Assembly (NCBI GenBank): GCA_016124645.1
Contig: WGNE01000017.1
Span: 9,431 to 73,430 of the forward strand
Source: Alphaproteobacteria bacterium
GTDB lineage: Bacteria; Pseudomonadota; Alphaproteobacteria; Micavibrionales; UBA2020
Direction of reading: 5' to 3'
Length of the DNA: 64,000 nt
Shown: positions 10,955 to 19,033 of the stretch, piece by piece
Layout of the letters: each line of letters starts with the position of its first letter
Position numbering within the stretch: position 1 is the first letter of the stretch
Translations under genes and position numbers: made by a program
The notes under the pieces: generated by a model
What the model was told of the DNA's origin: nothing
The model's database searches: none
Seen by the model: the letters and a program-made list of their open reading frames with translations, nothing else

Positions 10955-11863
10955 CTATTGCGCGCCGTCGATGAAATGGGCGATGAAATGCTGCGTCGCC
11001 GCATCCTCGAGCGCGGGAACATGGCCCGCGCCTGCGCGGATATGCACGCGGGCCTCGGGGTGGCCGGCCTTCAGCGCGTCGATTTCCGCCGCCGTGCAAA
11101 GGTCCGATACGCCGCCCGCGACGAGGGCGACGGGGCAGGAAATCTTCGCCATGCCGGATGAAAGATCGACGCCTTTTTCCAGCGCGGGTCTCGCCGCGCG
11201 CGCGATGAGTGGGTCGAAGTGGAAGGTGAGGCCGCCCTGCGTCTCCACCAGCTGGTGCTGCGCGTAATGCTCCCAGACTTCCTCCGGCACGTCGTCGCCG
11301 AGGGGCAGGTTGAGCTTCAGCAGTTCCGCGTATTGCGCGCGGCTGGAAAAGACCGGCATGGTCTCGGTCACGTATTGGGCGATGCGCGCGAGGCCCGCGG
11401 CATTGGGCGCGGGCGTGATGTCAACGAGGGTGAGGGACTGCAGCATGGCGGCATTCCCCTTTTCCGCCATGGTCATGGCGATGAGCCCGCCCATGGAGGT
11501 GCCGATCCAGTGCGCGCTGTCCAGCCCCATGCCCTTCATGAAGCCGGTGAAGATATCGGCATAGACCTCGAGGTCGTAGAGCGCGGCGTCCTTCAGCCAG
11601 TCGCTTCCCCCGCGGCCCGGCGCGTCCGCCGCGATGACGCGCCAGCCCTCGCGCGCGAGATGCGCGGCGACGAAATCGAAATCGCGCTTTTGCCGCGTCA
11701 GCCCGTGCACGGCGACCACGGTGCCCAGCGGCGTCTTGTCCTGCGGCTGCCAGAGCGCATAGGCGATGCAACAGGGCGCGCCGCCCAGCGCGTCGATCCC
11801 TTCCACGGTGGCGGTCAGGATCTGCGGCTGCATGGTTTCGGGCGTGGCGGCGGCGGGCTGCAT
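10955..11863 (-). CDS. Alpha/beta-fold hydrolase
   Basis: HGLTR oxyanion motif, GTSMGG nucleophile elbow, C-terminal GAGHVP; AAGGAG upstream of the ATG at 11863. Confidence 0.88.
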   Translation of the reverse strand: MQPAAATPETMQPQILTATVEGIDALGGAPCCIAYALWQPQDKTPLGTVVAVHGLTRQKRDFDFVAAHLAREGWRVIAADAPGRGGSDWLKDAALYDLEVYADIFTGFMKGMGLDSAHWIGTSMGGLIAMTMAEKGNAAMLQSLTLVDITPAPNAAGLARIAQYVTETMPVFSSRAQYAELLKLNLPLGDDVPEEVWEHYAQHQLVETQGGLTFHFDPLIARAARPALEKGVDLSSGMAKISCPVALVAGGVSDLCTAAEIDALKAGHPEARVHIRAGAGHVPALEDAATQHFIAHFIDGAQ

Positions 11864-12179
11864 CTTCGTGCGCTCCTTTAAATTGTCACATAAATCGTCA
11901 CGGGTTTGTCTTCTTCCTCTATCCATAGCACGAATGCGGGGGATGGTGAAAACCCGATGAAGGGAGAAGCATCGGACGGGCGGTTTTCGTAATCTGCCCG
12001 TTTGACGCGCCGCGCGGCGGCAACGGGGCGGCGCTGCCACAGTCGTGGATTTATCGGCGGGTTGCTGCGGCGCACAAGCCATCTATTGATTGACCTGCGG
12101 GGGCACGGCGCGTTTTAATCGTTACTGGCGACATTCACGGTCCCTGCGCGCCGGGGGATTTTTCCGAGGAGACATTTTC

Positions 12180-13460
12180 ATGAACATCAGGTCGAAATTT
12201 TTTGCAACCGCCGCCGCCTGCGCCCTCGCGCTGGGGATGAGCGCCTCCGCGCAGGCCGCGGGCTTCTACATTCAGGAGCAAAGCGTGGCGGGGCAGGGCG
12301 CCGCTTTCGCGGGCGTTCAGGCCAACGCGCAGGATGCATCCGTATTGTTCAACAACCCGGCGGCCATCACCAGCCTCGACGGGCCGGTCGCGACGGTCGG
12401 CGTCAGCCTGCTGCTTCCCTATTCCTCGATGAAGAACACCGGCAGCACGACCGGCAACGACGGCGGCAACCCCTTCGACCCGACGCCGGTGCCGAGCCTT
12501 TATTTCGCAACCCCGCTGAAGAACGACCGCTACTGGGTCGGCGTTTCGCTGACGGCGCCCTTCGGCCTGTCGAACGACTACGGCAACACCTGGTTCGGCC
12601 GCTATGATTCGACCAAGAGCGAGCTGCAGACCTACGACATCTCGCCCGTGTTTTCGATGAAGATCAACGACCACCTCTCCATCGGCGGCGGGCCGGACAT
12701 CCAGTTCGCCAACGCGACGCTGGAAAGCGCGGTCAACGCCGCCGCCCCTCCGGGCTCGCCCGCGACCGACCTGCACTCCAAGCTGGACGGCGACAGCGTG
12801 ACGGCGGGCTACAACATCGGCCTGCTGTGGAAGATCAACAACAACGACAAGGTCGGCCTGCACTACCGTTCGGCCATCACGCAGAACCTTGGCGGCACGG
12901 CCAGCCTGACGAACGCGGCGGGCGGGGCCATCGCCACCTATCCCTATGCGGCGCACGCCAAGCTGAAGCTGCCCGATATCGTCGAGCTGGGCGGCTCGCA
13001 CAAGGTCAACGACAAGCTGACGCTGCTGGGCAGTTTCGACTGGTTCGGCTGGCAGAACTTCGACAACATCACGGTCACGGATGATACCGGCGTGCACGCC
13101 GCGAGCGTGACGACGGAAGCCTACCGCAACAGCTTCGCCGTGGCGCTGGGCGCGACGTGGAAACAGAACGACCGCTGGACCTATCGCGGCGGCTTCCAGT
13201 TCGACCGCACGCCGACGACCAACTTCGCGCGCACCACGCGCGTGGCGGACGGCGACCGCTACTGGCTGTCGCTGGGCGCGGGCTACAAGCTGAACGCGGC
13301 GACGAGCATCGACCTTGCCGCCACCCACATCTTCGTGCGCGACGGCAACATCAGCCGGACCGCCCCCGGCGCCGCCCCTCCGGGCACGAGCCTGACGACC
13401 AGCGCCAAGGCGTCCAGCCATATCGACCTGATCTCGGCCAGCGTCTCCTATAAATTCTAG
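12180..13460 (+). CDS. OmpP1/FadL/TodX family outer-membrane transporter of hydrophobic compounds
   Basis: Signal peptide (AQA/AGFYIQEQS), NPAA hatch motif, PFGL, C-terminal aromatic residue (YKF); GAGGAG RBS before the ATG at 12180. Confidence 0.9.
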   Translation: MNIRSKFFATAAACALALGMSASAQAAGFYIQEQSVAGQGAAFAGVQANAQDASVLFNNPAAITSLDGPVATVGVSLLLPYSSMKNTGSTTGNDGGNPFDPTPVPSLYFATPLKNDRYWVGVSLTAPFGLSNDYGNTWFGRYDSTKSELQTYDISPVFSMKINDHLSIGGGPDIQFANATLESAVNAAAPPGSPATDLHSKLDGDSVTAGYNIGLLWKINNNDKVGLHYRSAITQNLGGTASLTNAAGGAIATYPYAAHAKLKLPDIVELGGSHKVNDKLTLLGSFDWFGWQNFDNITVTDDTGVHAASVTTEAYRNSFAVALGATWKQNDRWTYRGGFQFDRTPTTNFARTTRVADGDRYWLSLGAGYKLNAATSIDLAATHIFVRDGNISRTAPGAAPPGTSLTTSAKASSHIDLISASVSYKF

Positions 13461-13474
13461 GGAGCGCGGCCGTC

Positions 13475-13511
13475 AAAAAAACCGCCGGTCTTAAGGGCCG
13501 GCGGGTTTTTT
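13475..13511. terminator. Bidirectional intrinsic terminator
   Basis: aaaaaaaccgccggtc-ttaa-gggccggcgggtttttt between convergent genes. Confidence 0.78.
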
Positions 13512-13532
13512 GCGTCCTGAAGGAAAGCGGGG

Positions 13533-14393
13533 TTACGCGGCCGCCTGCTTCTTCTCCTTGTTGCCGTCCTCCACCATGTGCAGCGTGCGGGTGGGGAAGG
13601 GGATGGTGATGCCGTTGGCGTCCAGCGCTTCCTTGATCGCCTTGGTCAGGTCCCATTTCAGGTTCCAGTAGTCGTCCTTGGAGCACCAGAAGCGGGCGAT
13701 GAGGTCGATGGAGAAATCGCCCATGTTGCTGGCCATGACCTGCGGCTTGCGGTCGTCCGGCGCCTGCTTCACGCGTTCGTCGGCGTTGAGCACGCCCAGC
13801 ACGATCTCGCGCGCGCGGCCGATGTTGTCGTCGTAGCTGATGCCGAAGTTGATGTCCTGCCGCCGCTCGCCGTTGCGCGAGTAGTTCCAGATGTCGCCGT
13901 CCCAGATCTTGCCGTTGGGCACGAAGATATAGACGTTGTCGGGCGTCGCCAGCTCGGTCCCGAAAAGCCCCAGCGCCTTGACCGTGCCGCCGATGCTGCC
14001 GGAGGTGATGTAGTCGCCGATGTTGAAGGGACGCAGGATGAGGATCATCATCCCCGCCGCCACGTTGGACAGCGTGCCCTGCATGGCCAGGCCGATGGCC
14101 AGGCCGGCGGCGCCCAGCACCGCCAGCAGGCTGGCCGTCTGCACCCCGAACTGCCCCAGCACGGTGATGATGGCGATGGCCTGAATGGTGTATTTCAAAA
14201 AGCCGCCGAGGAAGACGCGCAGCGTGGCGTCCAGACGGTTGATGGCGGCGACGCGGTTATGCGCCCAGTTGCCGATGACGCGGCCCGCGATGATGATAGC
14301 CGCCGCGCTGATGAGCCGCAGCCCCCAGCTGATGAACATGGGCATGTTTTCCTGCGCGACCTTGATGTAATCGGCGATCTGGTGTTCCGTCAT
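13533..14393 (-). CDS. mscS: Small-conductance mechanosensitive channel
   Basis: [31 protein letters not shown]3 motif, RPFNIGD, VPNG, GITIPFP. Confidence 0.92.
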   Translation of the reverse strand: MTEHQIADYIKVAQENMPMFISWGLRLISAAAIIIAGRVIGNWAHNRVAAINRLDATLRVFLGGFLKYTIQAIAIITVLGQFGVQTASLLAVLGAAGLAIGLAMQGTLSNVAAGMMILILRPFNIGDYITSGSIGGTVKALGLFGTELATPDNVYIFVPNGKIWDGDIWNYSRNGERRQDINFGISYDDNIGRAREIVLGVLNADERVKQAPDDRKPQVMASNMGDFSIDLIARFWCSKDDYWNLKWDLTKAIKEALDANGITIPFPTRTLHMVEDGNKEKKQAAA

Positions 14394-14613
14394 TTTTAAT
14401 TCCTCTTGTCTCTGCTGTTTTCCGCAACCGCGGGTCGGGCCCGGCGGCGGGCAAGAGGGTTATAGCGTCATTTTCGCCCGCCGGACAAGGTGCAAAAGCC
14501 GAATATGGCAATTTTCCAAGGTTCATTCTTGAATTTATAGAGGATTTTCTGATAGCTTCTGTGGACTCGGGGCACGGGAACACGACTATTCACTCCTTTT
14601 TTCACAGGCTGTT

Positions 14614-16410
14614 ATGACTAAAAAGGCCGCCAGTGCCGCTCAACCGGATGCGCTTCCCTCCACGGAAGGCGACGTCATTCTTTCCGCCGCCGCCATGCTG
14701 GCGCTGGCCTTCGTCGTGGGGGTCGTCGGCGGTTTCGGCTCCATCATCTTCAAGTCCATCATCGCGTTCTTCCACAACCTGTTCTTCCTGGGCTCCTTCG
14801 GGCTTTATTTCGACCAGGACGTCTATATGCCCGCCACGCATTACGCCTGGCTGGTCATCCTCGTGCCCGTCGTCGGCTCCGTCATCGTCACATGGGTCAC
14901 CAAGACCTTCGCGCCCGAGGCGCGGGGACACGGGGTGCCCGAGGTGCTGGACGCGATCTATTACCGCGACGGCAAGATCCGCCCCGTCATCGTCTTCGCC
15001 AAGGCCATCGTCTCGGCCATCTCCATCGGCACCGGCGGCTCCGTCGGGCGCGAGGGGCCGATCGTGCAGGTCGGCTCGGCCTTCGGCTCCTTCCTCGGCC
15101 AGTTCTTCAGCATGCCGGCGCGCCAGCGCAACATCCTCATCGCCGCGGGGGCGGCGGCGGGCATCGCGGCCACCTTCAACGCGCCCATCGGCGGGCTGTC
15201 CTTCGCGGTCGAGCTCTTGCTGGTCTCCAGTTCCGCGCGCACCGTCACCCTCGTCGCCGTCGCCACGGTCACGGCGACCTATATCGGCCGCATCTACAGC
15301 GGCCTCGCGCCTTCCTTCGACGTGCCCAAGCTGGCGATGTTCGAGGACCATATCTCCGTGCTTTACTCGCTGCTGTTCTGCATTCCGCTGGGGATGATGA
15401 CCGGGCTGGCCGCCGCGGGCTTCATCCAGTCCATCTATTTTTCCGAGGACTGGTTCGAGGAGCGGGTGAAGAACGAATACCTGCGCCACGGCATCGGCAT
15501 GCTGGGTATCGGCGTCATGCTCTATTTCTTCATGCGCTACAGCGGCCATTACTATGTGGAGGGCGTGGGCTACGCCACCGTGCTGGACGTTTTGCGCGGC
15601 ACATTGTCGAACCCGTGGTTCCTCGGCCTCCTGTTCTTCGCCAAACTGCTGGCGACGGACGTCACCATCGGCTCCGGCGCCTCGGGCGGGGTCTTCTCCC
15701 CCTCGCTGTTCCTGGGCGCGACGATGGGCGCGGCCTTCGGCAACTTCATCGCCATGCTGTTCCCGTCCTTAAGCCTCAACCCCGTCATCTACACCATCGC
15801 GGGCATGGCGGCCATGGTGGGCGGCACGACGGGCGCGGTCTTGACCGCCATCACCATGACCTTCGAGCAGACGCGCGATTACAGCGTGATGCTGCCCATC
15901 ATCCTCACCGTCTCCCTCTCGCACATCGTGCGGGTGCGCTTCTGCCCGGAAAGCATCTATACCCTAAAGCTCGTGCGGCGCGGCAACTACGTGCCGCAAG
16001 GGCTGCAGGCCGCGATTTCCGGCCGCAGCAACGCGAAGAAGATGATGAGCACCAGCTTCAACCTCGTCGATATCTCCAACTTCAGCCAATGGCTGGCCGA
16101 GCACAGCCCGGCGGGCGATCCGCGCTATTCGCTCATCACCCGCGAGGGCGAGGTCATCGGCCTTGCCAAGGACGAGCTGATGTACCTGCTGCGCGACGAG
16201 CAGCCCGAGCGCGTCATCGAGCAGAACTTCTTCCTCGTCACCGGCCGCACCAGCTGGGCCGTCATCATGCGCGGGATGCGGCGCAAGAAGACCGAGACGG
16301 TCATCGTCACCCGCCGCCAGAACAGCCTGAAGGAAAAGGACATCATCGGCGTCATCACCCCGCACGAGCTGGTCGAGCACGCGGGGCTGGACGCGGAGCT
16401 GATGGACTGA
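14614..16410 (+). CDS. ClC family chloride channel/antiporter with degenerate C-terminal CBS-like region
   Basis: GHGVP, GSVGREGP, AATFNAPIGG, GGVFSP and SIYT motifs; multiple hydrophobic helices. Confidence 0.9.
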   Translation: MTKKAASAAQPDALPSTEGDVILSAAAMLALAFVVGVVGGFGSIIFKSIIAFFHNLFFLGSFGLYFDQDVYMPATHYAWLVILVPVVGSVIVTWVTKTFAPEARGHGVPEVLDAIYYRDGKIRPVIVFAKAIVSAISIGTGGSVGREGPIVQVGSAFGSFLGQFFSMPARQRNILIAAGAAAGIAATFNAPIGGLSFAVELLLVSSSARTVTLVAVATVTATYIGRIYSGLAPSFDVPKLAMFEDHISVLYSLLFCIPLGMMTGLAAAGFIQSIYFSEDWFEERVKNEYLRHGIGMLGIGVMLYFFMRYSGHYYVEGVGYATVLDVLRGTLSNPWFLGLLFFAKLLATDVTIGSGASGGVFSPSLFLGATMGAAFGNFIAMLFPSLSLNPVIYTIAGMAAMVGGTTGAVLTAITMTFEQTRDYSVMLPIILTVSLSHIVRVRFCPESIYTLKLVRRGNYVPQGLQAAISGRSNAKKMMSTSFNLVDISNFSQWLAEHSPAGDPRYSLITREGEVIGLAKDELMYLLRDEQPERVIEQNFFLVTGRTSWAVIMRGMRRKKTETVIVTRRQNSLKEKDIIGVITPHELVEHAGLDAELMD

Positions 16411-16528
16411 TGTTTTTAAGCACCCGTTAAAGCAAGATTAAAACTTACCTGATAGGGTCAACGAAGTGCTGCGCCATCCCGGCGCGCACGCGCGCGAGCG
16501 CGAGATTCGTTACAAACCGTCGGGCGGA

Positions 16529-17974
16529 ATGAAGATACCGGTCAAATACCTGAATTTATACAGGAATATCAAGGGTCGCTACGACCTGATGATGTTCCTG
16601 TACAAATGGGATCCCGATTACCGCAAGGATTTGCTCATCACCGGGCTGACCTTCGGTCTTTTTACGTATTCGCTTTTTACGTGGAACACGGTCTTCGACA
16701 TCATCGCCATGGCGGTGGAGGCCAGCATCATCATGGTCGAGCTGGGCGGGGAGATGTCGATTTTGCCGGCGGACTACCGGCCCTCGCACGGCGGGGTGCG
16801 CTATTCGGTCCAGCCCAGCACCCATATCGCCTACAAGGAGCTGAGCTTCCTGATGTCCCACGTCCTTCCCCCGCATGAGGAGGACGCGCTGGGTTTTGCG
16901 AACCCGCTCATCGGCACCGGGCTGTGCCGGGAAAGCCCGCTGGTCAGCTCGGGCGTGGACGACAAGCTGATGCTGCGCGACGCCGTTCCCTTCTTCATCG
17001 ACGAGGAAGAGAAATGCTACATCCGCTCCCGCCACCAGCTGCGCTACATCGCCATCCGCGTCGCCAACAAGCGCGAGCACACGACCAACGGCGTCAAGCT
17101 GGCGATGCAGGACATGGCCGACGCGCTTTCGGGCGAGCGGCCCGTGACGGTGCGCAAGTCCTATTACTTCGACGCGCTTTTGACGGCGGAGGCTTTCCGC
17201 AGCCGCATCTTCCGCAACAACATCACCGGGGAGAAAGAGGTCTATACCGACCTCACCACCTATTTTCCCGTGCGGCAGGAGCGCGGCGGCGATTCCCAGG
17301 GCGTGCGCCTGCGCGAGGATTTCTTCTACAAGGTTTCCGGCCATATCGGCATCACCACCCTGCTGGTGACGGAGAACCGTCGCGTCGCCATGCTGCACCA
17401 GGGCGAGACCAAGGCGATCGGCTCGCGCACGGTCACGCTGGGCGGCTCGGGCTCGCTTGATTTCGCGGAGATCGAGCGTTCGGGCAACGCGACCGACCTT
17501 CGCAAGGTAGTCATGCACGGCATGGCGCGCGAGATGAGCGAGGAGACGGGGATGCAGGACTGGTTCGAATCCATCCTGCACAACACCATGCTGACCGGCT
17601 TCTTCCGCTGGATCGACCGCTGCGGCAAGCCCGAGTTCGTCGGCATCACCCGCGCGGGCGACGTGCCCTTTTCGCGCAGCCAGTCCATCGACGGCGACGA
17701 GGTGGTGAAATACGACGAGATCCCCGTCACCATCAACACGCTGAAGGATTTTCACAAGGTGCTGGACTATGTGCGCGACAACAACATCAACCTCGCGCTT
17801 TCCTCGCTCATGGCGCTGCACCGCATGACGGTCATCGCCGATTACGCGGACGGGCAGGCGACGGAGGAGCAGCGCGCTGTGCATCGCATTGTTTCCGAAT
17901 TCCTTTTCGGCTCCTTGGCCTATCTTGACAACAGCGTGGCGAAACCCTATTCTCTGGAAAATAAATTCGCATAG
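16529..17974 (+). CDS. Hypothetical membrane-anchored Nudix-like hydrolase
   Basis: Hydrophobic N-terminal stretch; GHIGITTLLVT..GSGSLD..GMAREMSEETG Nudix-box-like signature; GKPEF. The start may be 16466 (GTG) or 16529 (ATG). Confidence 0.65.
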   Translation: MKIPVKYLNLYRNIKGRYDLMMFLYKWDPDYRKDLLITGLTFGLFTYSLFTWNTVFDIIAMAVEASIIMVELGGEMSILPADYRPSHGGVRYSVQPSTHIAYKELSFLMSHVLPPHEEDALGFANPLIGTGLCRESPLVSSGVDDKLMLRDAVPFFIDEEEKCYIRSRHQLRYIAIRVANKREHTTNGVKLAMQDMADALSGERPVTVRKSYYFDALLTAEAFRSRIFRNNITGEKEVYTDLTTYFPVRQERGGDSQGVRLREDFFYKVSGHIGITTLLVTENRRVAMLHQGETKAIGSRTVTLGGSGSLDFAEIERSGNATDLRKVVMHGMAREMSEETGMQDWFESILHNTMLTGFFRWIDRCGKPEFVGITRAGDVPFSRSQSIDGDEVVKYDEIPVTINTLKDFHKVLDYVRDNNINLALSSLMALHRMTVIADYADGQATEEQRAVHRIVSEFLFGSLAYLDNSVAKPYSLENKFA

Positions 17975-18003
17975 AACCGCAGCGGACCAGAGGGTACAAG
18001 GCC

Positions 18004-18813
18004 ATGGCCAAGCAGAAACAGCACAAGCTTCTCATCATTTTCGACCTCGTTTCCACGCTGACGGACGCGGGGCCGCGCTATGCCAAGGCCTTTCAGGAGG
18101 TCTGCGCGCAAAACGGCATCGCCCCGCCGACGGCGGAGGAGGTGCTGGAGCAGCTGGGCAACAAGAACCTGAAGGAAATCACCGGTCTTTTCGCCCCCGG
18201 CCTCGATGCCGAAGGGCGGAAGGATTTCATGTCCTCCTGCAACAACGCCTGCGACGCGCTGCTCAACCGCCCCGGCTGGCATGAAGGCCTGTTCCCCAAC
18301 GTGCGCGAGGCGGTGGAAACGCTGGCCCTGCGCGGCGTGACCCTCGGCATCTATACCGGCACGCGCGAGGATGCGATGCAGCAGCAACTCGAATACCACG
18401 GGCTCGAAAGCCTTTTCGACCCGCGCTACCGCAGCGGCAAGGACAACGAACGCGACGCCGGCAAGTCCAGCGACGTCCTGAAGGCCGAACAACTGCGCGA
18501 GATCGTGGCGCAGTTTCGGGCGGATGCGGGCGATGAAAACGCGCCCGTCGTCGTCATCGGCGATTCCTCGGCGGATGCGAAGGCGGCGGCCGCGCAGGGC
18601 TTGCTGTTCATCGGCTTCGCGGCGGACGAGAAGAAAAAACAAAAGCTGGAAGCCGCGGGCGTCACCGGGTTCATCAGTGATTTCGGGCAGATGCCCGATC
18701 TTGCGCAACGCCTTATCCGTCCCCCGTCGAACGACAACGCGGCGGCGGAAAAGCCGCAACCCGGCCCGCGTCCGGGGATATTGGACAAGGCGCGCCGCCG
18801 CCCGTCCCCCTGA
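18004..18813 (+). CDS. HAD-superfamily hydrolase (phosphoglycolate phosphatase-like)
   Basis: IIFDLVSTL motif I variant, LFPNVRE..L, IYTG motif II, VIGDSSAD motif IV. Confidence 0.8.
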   Translation: MAKQKQHKLLIIFDLVSTLTDAGPRYAKAFQEVCAQNGIAPPTAEEVLEQLGNKNLKEITGLFAPGLDAEGRKDFMSSCNNACDALLNRPGWHEGLFPNVREAVETLALRGVTLGIYTGTREDAMQQQLEYHGLESLFDPRYRSGKDNERDAGKSSDVLKAEQLREIVAQFRADAGDENAPVVVIGDSSADAKAAAAQGLLFIGFAADEKKKQKLEAAGVTGFISDFGQMPDLAQRLIRPPSNDNAAAEKPQPGPRPGILDKARRRPSP

Positions 18814-19033
18814 GACAAGCCGCCGCGTTATCGCAATAGGTAGATAAATCATTGTAATTCAAAACTAATTTTTTGTTCCGCGGGCAAGGATATCCTTGAC
18901 TTGAACAAGCGGTCTTCGTAATCTTTTTTCATATCTTTTAAAGAAATCGCACCGCGCGGAAGGCTTTCGGCCTCCCGCGGATACGGGTTGCACAAGAACA
19001 AGCGCATACGAACAAGAAAGGAACTCCGCCGCC

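Noticed and set aside
16529-17974. TM-Nudix gene as part of a complete CBASS system
   Set aside because: No CD-NTase or Cap accessory genes are nearby; it is kept only as an architectural resemblance.
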